Position numbers and translations under genes: made by a program. Below are positions 10,721 to 24,200 of a stretch of 64,000 nt of DNA, in pieces. Origin of the DNA: Leucoraja ocellata (lineage: Eukaryota); NCBI GenBank assembly GCA_036785375.1, contig JAWMAR010000060.1:4960001-5024000 (forward strand), written 5' to 3'. Position 1 is the first letter of the stretch. Every line of letters starts with the position of its first letter. Below the pieces are notes generated by a model. It was given only the letters and a program-made list of their open reading frames with translations. It was not told the DNA's origin and searched no databases.

Positions 10721-11949
10721 GTTTTGATTCCTACTTTTTGATCCATCTTCCCATATTAAATGTGTAAAAAATTTCAGTTTTAAAGCTTGTGGAAATCAGT
10801 TCACACATCCTGGCTTGTTTCTTACAGCCTCCCTCTCTGTCTTCCGCACACTTGCTGGCTCCTCTTTCTCTGTGTGTTACCGACTGTCACGAAGACGACT
10901 TGCACCTCACAAATCATCTTGCACCTAAATCTGACGCCTAGAGTCATTAACAAAGTAATCCATTAATCTTCAAAGTTTTGACATTGGACCCCAGAACCCA
11001 GCCACATAAGAAGTTACACAAGGCGAAGCTACAGCCATTTGCTTCCATGCTTTCGTTGGGAATTCTGTCCCCCTATTATTATATCTGTACTGTACCGGAT
11101 ATTCCTTGATTTTTGTGCTGTATGGAGGCAATAGTTCACGCAGGAGATCGAATATGGTGGTGATTCTGGAAACTCCATTACATTTTTGTAGTCGTTTGTT
11201 TATGGCCAACGAAAAACGTAAACGGCAATTCATTGCAGGTATTGTATTATCTTATTTTAATCTGTAACGTGCGAGGATTAGCTCATAGTTATAATAGGTT
11301 ATTATATTTAAAACGTTCGCAAAGACACTGACAGACATAACACACAAGCATACGTACAGATAAACGCACGAATCGTGAAATAGATGGAGAGATAGAATTG
11401 TTAAAGACATTACAAAACGAAACCGTTTTAGGAAGAAACGACTTTTCGTAGCGTGGCTAAAGAAGTAAACCTATCGTTTGCTTTCAAGTACTTATATTTA
11501 AATTATATTTGAAAACATTATGGTCTGCTTTCATCTAAATTATAAAGGGCGGGTATGGCGGTGGGACTGGAGAGGGGATGAAAGCCAGGTCACGATATAC
11601 ATATTCGTTCTCCCCACGCAGTATTTTATAAATATACCAGCACCTATTAATAATCGCGAAATCTCATTCGTGAACGAGGAATTCATGGGTACTGGAAGTT
11701 TATTGAAACGAGCAAGATGAAAATGGTGGTGGTTTGCTAGGCCTCCGTTTTGCTTATACCGCAAACAAAGCTGTAAGGAAGTATGTGCGCTATCAATCTT
11801 GTTCGGCTACAGGTCTGACAGCTTCTGGCCCCAAGAACACATTTAAAGCTTCTCGCTGCAATGTCGAATATCATCATGAGTGTGAGAACACTGTTTGCTG
11901 CTTAAAATTGTTGCAGATAATATTTTATTGATCTTCAGAGCATAAGCAA

Positions 11950-12180
11950 CGCTGCTGTATTATTAGGCGAAAGGGTGAGTTCGTTACATAAATAAATATT
12001 TCATGATTAACGCTAGTTTTCCTTCTTCCAAGTTTGGAGTGAGGATTTTGGTGCTAACCTACAAATGGAAAGAGCTTTTGCAATTAAATGAAGCTTTTGT
12101 GTGTGAAATGTGAGTAGGTGTTGGCGTTCTGCACATTTCAGTGTCTCTATTGCGAGGATATGTGGGCGAAAGCCTCTTTT
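11950..12180. promoter_or_regulatory. Candidate HoxA2 upstream r3/r5 (Krox20/BoxA-type) enhancer
   Basis: Two EGR-like sites (GAGTAGGTG at 12112-12120, TGTGGGCG at 12161-12168) next to a BoxA-like CACACAAAAGC (minus strand, 12093-12103), about 1.7 kb upstream of the ATG. Assigned by motif arrangement only. Confidence 0.45.
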
Positions 12181-15034
12181 ATTCAGTTTGTTAGCAACAT
12201 CAAAAGGAACGAAACAGAAAATAGCATGTTTTAAGAGATGGAAATGTTGATTTTATGAATAACGTAAAATTTGTCAATAAAACAGAAACGCGGGGAGAGA
12301 AGTTCAGTGCTGCAACCTAAATATTTTGAGGAAAACATAAAGATCATATTCCTCTACGCTATTTAGCTTTAACTATATTGTGGGTAACCCGGTATTTTGT
12401 TCTGTGATTAAGATTCGGTTTTATTTCATTGAAGCTCTTCAGCATTCATTTAAAATTGTACGTTTGAATGCGCCTAGAAGAAAATAAATATTGAGTTTAA
12501 ATAACACTTTTTCGGGTTGTTTCGTTGCGATTTAACCTTTCAAAATTAAACAAATGAAATTTTACTATATCATTGCACTGAATTGCAGCAATATTTCGGG
12601 TCACATCAAAAGGATGACTACTTTACGTTCAACTAATTTGAGGGAAAGTTGAGGCTTCTCCGAAGATTGCGCGCAGTTTTTTCGTACAATCTGAATTTAT
12701 CAAACTCGAGCTTCATAATAAATTGTTGGCCTGATGCAGTCTACCTTAAACATCAGTTGGATGGGCCGCACTTTAGTTGGATCACATTTAAAACGTTGCT
12801 ACCTGAGCGAAGAAGGTCTCTCATGCATTTTGAGTAGGAAGATAAATTAGACAACGTGTCCTTTGGGAAACACGGGAAGAGAGGATGCCGGCATCATGGC
12901 GTCTCCTTTCTTAGTGCCTGGACATCGTTCAATGGGAAAGAATCCCTTTTATTACAAATATTGCCTAAAGGGTACAAGTTTTCTTTTTTTTTAATTTGTT
13001 TCACAATTTGAGAAACATGTGGGCATAATCTTACGTATTATAATGGCCTTTCTAAAACCACATTTATATCTGTATATACTGCACGCAAATATATTTGGAG
13101 ACATAGATCTTGGCTATGGATTTATTAATGAACGTCTGTTGTATCTAGACTTTAAATCTTTTAAAAATTAATAAACCACATGAGGGGATTTTTAATGCAA
13201 TTATCAGACTAGAATTGTAACGTATCGGGATACTTTTATTCTTTCCAGCTCCTTTGATTGACGCGGGAAACGTGCAATAGGAAGAAAATGCTACCAGAAT
13301 TCACATTAATTTCTGTAAATATTGAATTTCTCAATATTATTTTCGTGGCATTTTTCAGTTTACACGCAAATACTTCTTGATAAAATAGTAAGTGATAAGT
13401 TCAATGGAATTAAAATGATATTTTGAAATGAATAGGGCACACAACAACAACATTGTTTTAAAAAGGGTTCGTTCCCATTTATTCGTCTATTGAACGTTAG
13501 GCGTTTATAGACCTCAACCTGAATGCGTGACTGATGTCACTTCATTATTTAGAATCGGCTTACATATGGATTTTATATAATTATCAGCTGGAATTTTAAA
13601 CCTTTTCAAGTAATGCTTCTAAATCACGTATTAATTTAAACCACATGAGTCAAATATTTTTGAATCCTGACTTTTTTTTCTTTTTCTCTCCTCTCAGCAT
13701 GTGGATTATGTACTGGAGAAGGAACGAGGCGATAATGGCAGTACAACCCGGCTGGTGATCTTTTGAGTGTGCATTGTAATATCTGAACCTTTTAAGATGT
13801 GCTATGTACATGTCTTGATCAAACAATCTATTATTAATAATTAAAGAAAATTAATCCAATATGCATCCTTGTCGAGCTTTATTTTCCTGCATGGAGAAAG
13901 AAAATGAGTCCTTCTGTTTTGGGGCTTCAATAAATGCAGCATTGGAGACAGATGCAAGCCACATGAAAATGGATGATGTTACAGTGTGGGGGTTGAAGCA
14001 CTTGGCTGTAGCTACACAACACAAAGGAATCCTGACTGCAGGGCTGTGTGTTTTGCTGTCTACTGCTGAACTAGCTTACATTTACACACACATTTCAAAT
14101 GGGAAGTAGTGTACAATGTTTTGCAGAGTTAACATTCCAAGCAACGCCATATTGCTGACAAAAAAAATTTATTCTTCAGAACTTGCTGTTCAACGGATAT
14201 CTCATTTGCAGCATGGAATGCATATCTAAAACAAAATTGTGGCAATTCTGTGTTTCATTTTAAGAATACTACAGTTACAGTCTAAATGTTGTTGTCTTGG
14301 CATCATTCCCACAATTGACCAAATTGCATTTCTTTATTACATTATGAACAGAAAACGACTTTTCTGTGTATCTTACAGGAATGAAAAAAAAAACATATAT
14401 ATTTACCATGACTTAAAACACAAGGCTGAACATAACCAAGTAAATAGTTAATGTACAGATCTCTTTATAAATATATGTCAATGGGGATAAATAATATTTT
14501 AAACACTTAGATTATTCTCCTTTGAAAGAGCAAATAAATAAATTTGAATGTTCACCAGCATACACACATACTGAAAGATGGACAAGAAGTCTTATTTGCC
14601 CAGGGAGCCCCTGTACAAATGTATCGATCTTGTTTAACCATCCATTGTAAGGAAGTGCAATATAAACCATTTACTGTTCCTCGTAAGGAAAAATAAAGCA
14701 CGAACAAATTCACGTTCAGGTATTATTTTTAGAAAATTTGTTCATATACCCTGTTCCATAAGAGTAGAAGATATATACGCAAAGTTCTGGAAGCCTTAGT
14801 ACTTCACTTCTACTACTGAATGCTAAGGCTGGAGTCCATGAAAAGAACAACCACTAACCAGAGACAGAGCAATACAAGCAAGGATTGGTTGTCCATAGAA
14901 ACACCATTACATGGAAATTATAAAGAGTGGTACTAAATCAAAAAGGAGATAGGAGTGGAAGAAGGAATGTAATTATAGCTAAGATTACATAAATGCATAA
15001 GAAAGTGATAGTACACCAGCAACCAACTGGTCCA

Positions 15035-15807
15035 TTACAGATGGGTCAGTTTGGGTGCTTCCTGAATTCTTCCCTGAGACGGATGGTGCGAAGAAAGGTC
15101 TGTGTATGTAGGGTGTGGGTCACAAGGTCCATGATGATGGTTGCTGGTCATTGGCCCCGCACTATTATAGTCCATATTCCCAGAAGGAGGGTGGCCAAGA
15201 TGGGTTAGGCTGAAAAGAGAAGGCCCAGAGCTTGGCATGGTTTCTACAAAGTTCCCTCCAACATACACTGGGCTACCCTGTAAATGAGGCGTCCCATAGC
15301 CGCCATTGCCTTGAAGTGGGTGTGTGTCATATTCAGGCGTCACAGCTGTTGTCCCAGCATATCTCTTCTGTAGAGGCGGGCAATTGTTGAGAGGCCCAGG
15401 ATAAGATGTAGGAATGACATATGCATTTTGATGAGGTTTGCCAAATGAAGTAGGTGAGTGAGGATCATATGGAGCACTGGTTGCCAAGGGATGCATCGAG
15501 TTTGCATATCCTCCTGCAGCTGAAGGTGGGATGGGGCTTCTGCATGGTGACTGTCCACCAGAGGAAGTGAGCATGCCTTTTGCTTTCTGATCCTTCTTGT
15601 ATTTCATTCTCCGATTCTGGAACCAGATTTTGATTTGTCTTTCAGTAAGGTTTAACAAATTGGCCATTTCAACCCTCCGGGGCCTACAAAGGTAGCGGTT
15701 AAAGTGAAACTCCTTCTCCAGTTCCACTAGCTGGGCACTGGTGTATGCTGTGCGTGCCCTTTTGGAAGCAGGGCCAGGTGGGCTTTTCTCACCAGCAGAA
15801 CTTTCAA
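15035..15807 (-). CDS. HOXA3: Homeobox protein Hox-A3, coding exon 2
   Basis: Acceptor ttgcag|[63 protein letters not shown]; C-terminus [13 protein letters not shown]. Joined CDS 1236 nt = 411 aa. Confidence 0.97.
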
Positions 15808-17206
15808 CTGCAAATAAAGAAAAACAATCATTGAGTTTATCTATAAAGGTTAGAAATATGTGCATTAATGTTCTAACATATGTAAAGTTACAATAATTCA
15901 TGAGACAATCTGTAAATAGACAATAGACTTACTAAAAAGTACAATGCATGTTATTAATGTAGTTACAGAATATATACATAGCTAATCACAACATTTGGTT
16001 ATGCTTAGAAATAAAAACTAATTTCTAATGCTTAATGTATTCTACATAAAACACTAACAAACCAAATAGAATTCCCCCTCATCCCATATGAGAAAGGTGC
16101 TTGTTTATGTCACCATAGTCCCTAACATGGCATGTTACTTCAAGCTATTGAGTAGTTACTTAAAAATAACACTTCCCACTTGGTTACATACAATTTGCAG
16201 TGGTCCAAGAAGGTGGTTCACCACACATAATCAAAGGCAATTATGGATGGGGAAAAGATTCTGTCTACAGCAATGTACAGTTATAATAAATGAACACAAA
16301 TATATTAAATGTGGATAATGCTAGGTTATATCCACTGATTATAATTTGGAATTATGGCACAGAAAATTTATCAAAGCTCCTTACTAACATATTTTTCAGT
16401 TTGTGAATATAAATAGAGGTTTGCATAATAGTGGCTGGCAACCGCAGATGCAATTCAGATTTCCAAACATTTCTAATTTATTTAAATTTATAATAGCATC
16501 ACTGCTGTCCACAAATCCTGGTACTTCTCATATACATATTTATACATTGGAAATATATGTGTGTATATTAAAAATGTTTGCATTTTGCAACTGACAACTG
16601 AAGTCCAATCACATATACACTGGGCAATAAAACTTGAAATTACATGAAGAATATGTTATTCACTGCCCAATCCAGGGCACTGACAGTATACTTAATTAAC
16701 CATTGGGACATTACGGAAGATTTACAAGCATATTTCAGATCAGTGCGATCATATTCATAAACAACAAACATTCTTAAAATAAACCTGGTATAATTTAGGC
16801 TCAATATTTTTAAGTATTGAACACATGTGTATGCATGTCTGTATGTGTGAAAGATATATAAGAGCAGTGGGATAGAAGAATAGGAGAAACAAGAGAGAGG
16901 GGGGTTGAACAGCAGTAAAGAGAAGGTAGGATGAAGTTTCTCAACTGATATCTAAAGCATACATCTAAATTTACTTAAACTACATTTAGAACATTTGGGC
17001 GTTTATGTTTATAGGCTATTTGTCAAATCATTGTGTGAAAATTACCCCCCCATTTTAACATATGAGTTCCACAACTATTACAATTATTCCATGTTTGTCC
17101 ATATACTGTATGATAGAGAGAATGGGAATCACTTCATTAGCATCTAACTCATTGGCACATTGGCATGACAATTAATGCTCAAAGGATAAGATAGGATACA
17201 ATATAC

Positions 17207-17669
17207 CTGAACTAGAGCTGCTGGTCTTTTGCTTGGTGTTTTGGCGTGATTCTTTCATCCAAGGGAATATTTGTTTACTAATGGTGGTTTGTGAGGTAAG
17301 TGTGGGATTTTTGCTTGTGCTGGATTGAGTCGAGTTGTTGCTGGTATTTTGGGGTGGAGATACAGAAGGTGGGGGTGGGGGCGGGGGTGGTGGAGGTGGT
17401 GGTGGCTTCTGTTGCTCGGCAATAACTGGGAGATGGCTCGTTTGGTTGGCACTGGTTCGCATGCAACTCTCGTTAATATCATTGGGTTTGTGATGAGGGA
17501 CAGTGCTAGCAGGTGACTGCAGAGAGCAGGCAGGCCGGTGATAGTCGTTTTCCACATGGGATGAAGGCGGATATTGCTGCTGATTGGCATTGTAGTTAAA
17601 ACCATTTGCTCCTTGGTATGTGTAACCACCGAAAATTGCAGAGCTGTCGTAGTATGTTGCTTTTTGCAT
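17207..17669 (-). CDS. HOXA3: Homeobox protein Hox-A3, coding exon 1
   Basis: [16 protein letters not shown] start (ATG at 17669), poly-Pro tract, [13 protein letters not shown] hexapeptide, donor TCAG|GTAT. Probable upstream acceptor ctag|G, with the exon starting at 17783. Confidence 0.97.
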
Positions 17670-20600
17670 CTCGTTGTTTCCCAATATTTATTTCACAAAC
17701 TGACAGGGTCTTGTCACCCTTATAGAATAACATTGGCACCCGGTGTCACGTGACTCTTCCTCCAATGGCCTCTTCGGATAGACCTAGTGTTAGAAGAAAC
17801 AAAACCATAATGGTGAAATAGTACAAATCCATCTTACTCTCAATAGCAGCTGACATCAAAAGCCATAAAGGAAAAAGTGTGCAGCAATATATGGTAACAC
17901 ATCTTAGCCCTAGGCATTCTGAGTATAACAGCGTTTTAAACTGCAGCAAAGACTCAATGTGGATGAGAACCAAGGATTTAGTTTCTACAGATTCTGACTT
18001 CTTGCTTTATTTTCTCTGATTATGGAAACACAATACAACACACGATTTTGTGTGAAACATGGATTTCGGTAGGTTGAACTGGAAGCACCCCTTGTCTTGA
18101 GTTTTTAAAAAGAATCACTGCATCTCAATAAAACTTTTTTTTTAAGCTGCTGGTTATTGAGCTTTATGGCTTTGTCATGATTTTTATAAAAATTCTGTAT
18201 ATCTGTTTAAACTGGTCGGTTTTACATGTGTCATTCATTAATTAAGCAAATACAATGAGAAGTTCACACAGATGAAATATCATCACTTGCAATATTTGTT
18301 TTTTTTTTAATGGGAACGAGCCAAAGCGGAAAAGCACAAACTCCTCAGCAATGAAATGTACAAAAAAGTAAACTAGATTTTGCAAAGTTTCGATATATTT
18401 ATTTTAGAATTAAATTGATAATCAAGTTAATTGCCGACAACGTGCGCGAATATAGTATTTAGAACGCCATTGAAAACTATTGACAGACTTCGTCGCAGAG
18501 TGTAGTTTAGTGTTGGCCAGATTTGAACATACCTATCACATGGAAATTAATCGTATTTTTTGCAGCTCTGGAGAGTAAACGCTGTTTTTGACATTCTAAT
18601 GCCCAAAGCTTTGGACAAGAATTTTAGTATGTGCCCCGCATCGAGTGCATTGTTTTCTAAATAATTTAACTCGTGTTTGTTTTGACTCCCCGAACTTCCC
18701 CAGACTGGCTAGTAGAAATGCCTTGCTTTTTGTTAGTTCCACTTTTAACGGGTCACCATTTGGTCGGGCGGAAATTTTCAAGCCTTCCTTTTACTGTTTG
18801 AATTCTACCTGCTAAACGCATGATGGATCGGAAAGCGCCAGGAACCTGAAAAACTGGCGTTCTTCGTCATGACCACGGTGTGAACTTTTCTTCCAACCAA
18901 ACGATAATAGGCTCTGTCTCTGAAACTGCTCGTAATTTGATGTATGGGGGTCACTAGGCCGGGGGAAGAGTTGGAAACCCAGCCTACAGAAAGCGCCTGC
19001 ATCACGAGGAAGCGGCAGTAAACAACCCACTTCAAACCTCAGTTAATTATTATTCCCCACAAAATGCAGCAATCCCCTTAGTTAAATAATAATTATAATC
19101 TGTCGCGTGGAATGTTGAAAGTGTACAATTATTTTCGCAGTAGATGCACAAAGTTTGCCATGACCTCGAGATAACCATTTAATGTAGAAATAATATTCGG
19201 ATAATGGGCACCAGTGCGGTCTTTCGGTAGTTAGGGTATCAAAGGATCCCTGTTTACGTTTGAGTATTATTTTCAGCAAGAAGTTAGCCTAACCCAGCAA
19301 CCTCCATTGTTTTCCAGAGCTTTCTTTGCATCAACCACTCTCATACAAAGCGGGTCTATATGAAATGCAATCAACTGCAGATGATGAAAATCTGAAATAA
19401 AAACAGTAAATGATAGAGCTATCCAGCAGGCCAAGCTGAGACCACTATAAAATTACTCAGACTCCTAGTAAAGCGAGATGCACCGTACAGTTTCAAAGCG
19501 TTCATTTCAAATTGTTTTCTCTGTGCTTTGCATAAAATAATTGGTGGGCAAAATACTAATGAACTGCATGCCCATTTTATATTCTTGCACATCCCATATG
19601 GCCATACAACACATTTAGCAGCATTCCAGTGAATATGACTTGACCATGGTCTTCAAGGCCGCTGTTATTCTGTACATCTACAAATGAAAACGAAACTGCT
19701 GATGTCAGCATGCGAGGACACAATTGCTCTAAGTGCAGGTTTTAAATGACACCTTTGTGTGTGTTTCTGAAAATGGACGCTTTAAGCACCAAATTTAGTT
19801 TTTCAAAGATATGTTTAACCTTCTGTCTTCCGAACGAATTCTCTGCCATTGATTTCAGCAGCGTTTAATTACAACAAAACACTTGGAATATTGAAATCAT
19901 AACAGGAGCATTACGGCGCTGCAGGCTCACGCCAGTTGAGCCTAAACTCCAGGCCGTGGCATATATGTGCTTTAGGACCTAGTTATCACCAAAAGTATTG
20001 TATTATTGGAATTTAAGACGTTGCCACTAATTTACATTAATAACAGCTTATTCTGTGTTATCAAAACGTATTCATAAGCATGCAGTAATAAACTAGCTAG
20101 GAAATGCTGTGATTTACTAATTCCTTCATAAAATCGCTGCTCAAAAAACAAAAAAAAAGATATTTTGGTATCTTGGCCCATGTCCGCCATTTTTCTTGAA
20201 CACAACTTTACTCACCTGGATAAACGCTGTAGATTTAATTCTACCTGATTATACTCAATAACACTCCAATATTTTGCAAAACTATTATTCTTCCATTTCA
20301 CATTTTTAAAGCATCAACCTTAATCTGGATTGTTATTCATTCTCGTTTTGTTTATATGTTTGAGTGTAGCGACAGTTTGTATCAGGGAACCGACATTTGC
20401 ACAGTTATTGCTGCATATTTACGTACGCGCATGTATATTCCAACATTCTGTGTGTGTCTTCAGTTTAAACCAGCATCTACAGTTCCTTCTTATACAAATT
20501 GCCATTTGTCTATTGTCTATTGAAGTAACACACAGTATGTTCTCCGCAAACATTCCACCAAGTTGGAAATCTGTTCAATTGTTAAATTACTAGAGTCCGT

Positions 20601-20953
20601 GGCTAATTAAAGATAGAAATAACATCAAGCTAGACAAATTGTCATGAAAAATGCCACCATAAAAACTTTGGTCGTTCTATATATCCCTAAGGTTAGAAGG
20701 GTAGAAAAAAGTGGGAAGGAAAGCACTGGAACTAAGATTCTATCAAGAACAACAGCATGAGTGTCTTGGTAAATGTGTGGTTGTATGCCTTAGGCGGCAT
20801 TGCATGCAATAATAAATTCATAAAACTTCGAAAATGCGAGGGAAATAGCTCAAAGAAACGGATCAAGGACGAAGGAGAAGCAGAACATTGAAATAAAAGA
20901 CGAATTGGGAGCCTACGGGTATCAGTCACGATATGAAAGGAAACTATAGCATG

Positions 20954-20998
20954 TGAACTTTTCTTGAACCGAGATTTAAGTCATATGGTCATAAATCA
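20954..20998 (-). promoter_or_regulatory. DR5 RARE plus Pbx/Hox site upstream of the HoxA3 coding exon
   Basis: GGTTCA-agaaa-AGTTCA (20954-20970), a perfect DR5; TGATTTATGA at 20989-20998. Confidence 0.85.
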
Positions 20999-21052
20999 CT
21001 GGGACATAAACTCCGCCATTCACGAGTGATAGCCTATTTGTGTCCAGCTTAC

Positions 21053-21229
21053 CTTAGTCTCTGACGATAGACGCAGACCACGGCACAATATTTTCAGATT
21101 CACCGGGGAAATCGATAAGCAGGAGTTTCAAAACTTCGGAATTAATTGGAATGGAGGCAAACAATTACTTTATGCGCTAAAATTCACTCGTTGGCGACAA
21201 CGACAAATGGGGAAAGGAAAATGGTAGAG
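21053..21229 (-). other. Predicted internal non-coding 5'UTR exon of HoxA3
   Basis: Acceptor with a long T tract (ttttttgcag|C) and donor AAG|GTAAGC bracket 177 nt. Confidence 0.55.
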
Positions 21230-24200
21230 CTGCAAAAAAAAAATAACTGGAGAGAAGACTCTAGCTTTTGGATGGTCACTCTTGTGATTATGGTGGCGCG
21301 CCCTGGTCAGGGAGATAGACTACTATCAGCTTCCGTGGCTGCTCTTATCTAATACCAAAGAAATGGGGTATGTTTCTTATGAATATTGAATGCTAAAAGC
21401 GCGGATTTTAAGTTTGCTGTCTGGCAGTACTGAACAGACAGGCTGGGTAAACTCCCCCGAAACATAGCGTCACAAGTGAAAAATTATGCAAATTAACCAA
21501 CACGGAGAACACAAGCGCCTGGGTTTGGCAATCATTGAATCTAGGCAATCAAACTTGAAACCAGTTTTCCCCATGTAAATCAACACACTTTTTAATAATT
21601 ACTCAAATCATAACAGAGCTTTGCATTCTTTATATGGGCACTTAACCCTCCGCATTAAAAGTACTGGCTTAACTTTTATTAACTCTTTGTTGCGAAGGAA
21701 GGCCTTTGTTTGAAGTACAGCATGAGAATAGTTAGGAGGAAATACGGCGCAAGGGTGAAAGTGCAGCCGCTTTCAAACAGGTTCGGTTGGTTCGGAAGCA
21801 AATTCATTTTTTTTAGTATCCCAGAAACTAAAGGTATTAAAAATGCTAAAGTTAAAGTCTTTCAGCTGTAGGAGTGAAAAGTTACACTCCGGAAGAAAAC
21901 AAAACGAAGGGGAGAAGGCGAGCAATGAAAGAGTATATGAGCTATAGTCACCCCTTATGCATACCAATGCTTCTGTCGTTTATGGCTACGTAAGATTTAT
22001 GACTTCATGCACTAAGGCTGTAAACAGAGCACTAAAGAGAAAACACTTGCCCCTATCGCTTATTGCGAAGCAACTACATGAAAGGGGAAGCCAAGCAGCG
22101 TAGGAGGGAAGATAGGGCCAAAAATTCACTCGTTTGCAACTTTACAAGTAAGCCGCTCGATGTTTTTCTGTAGTGAAGTACTTTATTGTCAATGATCAGC
22201 CTTTCCACTTATCTTAATGTGCTGACTCCAACTTTTCTTTTCTCATGAGATCTACGATGGTGGGAAATGGTAACGCCAACGGATGCTGGATATTTTCTTA
22301 AACTTTCTATCTCTGAGTCTGGCTCCACGAATTTCAATTCAGGATCAACTGGATAGAAATTGAAGGCCCCGCTTATGTCAGTGTGCCTTGTGAAACATTG
22401 TCGTTGGATGTAGAGAACTAAAATATTGGATAAGAAATGTTTCATCTCTTTCATTAACGATTTCAGTCAATTGCTACGATTTTAAAAGGGAACGTAAACG
22501 GAGAGAGGAGAATGGACGTAACGTTGATTTGAATTGATATAAGCAATGGATGTTTTTTTACAACAAAAGAGCAGATATCATCACAACTTCCATTTGAATG
22601 TACCTTGCTTGAAATTCTAAGATATAAACGAAAATGTTACATTTTTGTCGCTGTTCTAACGCTTGGATGATGCTAACTATTATGATGGAACATCCAGTTT
22701 ACGACCTATAGTATAGGTTGAATCTAACTTCCCCTATAACTGATATGTTTCTGGGGTTTATTTTCAGATAATCTAAAGCACACGTGATTTAAATTGTAAC
22801 TGCCTATTGCGGTTCTTTAATTAGCTCAGTATTTACCAACCGCTTGGACAGGAACTAATAAAAATGACACCTTGCAGTGAGAACATTTCAAATTCTTAAC
22901 GACCATATATAATTTTACATATTGCAAAAGTTTAGAAAACTCACCGAAAGTTTGTACAGTCTCGGATTTGCTTGTGGAAATGTTATTTAGGACAAAGTCT
23001 GCAACGAAATCGAGAAACCATTAATTTCCCCGCGGAAAAAAAAGAAAGGCGCCGGGGAGCTAAAATCCTCGATTAAGAACATCGACTGATTCTATGTGAA
23101 TTATTAACGGACAGAAACCAAGCTAAGATCTTGAATCGATTATATGAAGTTACAATATTCCAATCAATGGGAAAATAGCGTAAAAAATGTCAGTATCTTC
23201 GTTGAATATTGAACGGTTTTTTTTAGGTTCACGACTTATCGTAAAGAACTGTTGTAGACCTACCGTCCGTTATTGCTAATAACTTATTTTATGTATTTCT
23301 GCCTTTCCCAAATTCATCTGCACCAAACTTCCAATTAACCCTGTAAAACGCTGTTAAGCTGTAGCATTTAAGCTTTGACCAATTGTTTCAAGATTGGATT
23401 GTATGTAAGAAAGGGACTGTAACCGAACTGTAATTAAAACTTTTAAACCTTTACGAAAAATAATTGTCCGTGTTTACATTTAATATTGGGGTGAGAGGGT
23501 TGAAAAAAAAACGGCACTTGCAACACACGAATGGACAAACAAAATCATGCTTTCAGACCTCAGAAAAGGGAGAAAAAATACTACCTGCGGCAATAACTAT
23601 TGTACGCACATGGTACAATATGTGACATTACTATTTGCAAAGTTAAGTTAGTCTTCAATATGTCTATTATTTATTAAATAATCACCCAGGATTCAATAGA
23701 TCCCGAAAACAAACTTTACTCATTGACAATTATACATTTTCCACAACAATACACACCTCCCCCTCTTAACCCACACAACCCCCACACCCACCCACCCCAC
23801 ATTTGGCTTAATTTTGTACGATTGGTAGAATTACTATAGGATACTGATCTAGCTATCAATAATTGCCAATGTGATTTGTCATATATAAAAAAGAAGTAAA
23901 GCATTCGTTAAAGCAGTTTGCATTGGCATGGCTGTCTCAACACACCAAAAACATAAATCAAATCGCAGCACCCTGACCTTTTCTGATCAGGGCACACTGG
24001 TGGATGCAATTTTTTATAACATTTTCACCTCCAGCATAACATAACGAATCTTTTCCTGCCTTTCCATCGCGCACATATCCCTTAAACAATGGAGGTGTTG
24101 GTTCAGGTTCCGTCGCCTATTAATTTATTTCGATAATTTCTTCAATATTCTCACACAATGACGATCTGCTAGTAAATAATCCTCCGATACAACCTGCTTT

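Noticed and set aside
13861-14160. Alternative candidate for the HoxA2 r3/r5 enhancer (GTGTGGGGG at 13984, ACACAAAGG at 14019)
   Set aside because: Motif arrangement fits less well than 12093-12168, and the region may be distal HoxA3 3'UTR.
18879-18898. TGTGAACTTTTCTT, identical to part of the RARE at 20954
   Set aside because: The second half-site is broken (TCCAAC), and a 14-nt match is plausible by chance in AT-rich DNA.
21179-22134. AAAATTCACTCGTT occurring twice
   Set aside because: Short AT-rich match with no flanking similarity.
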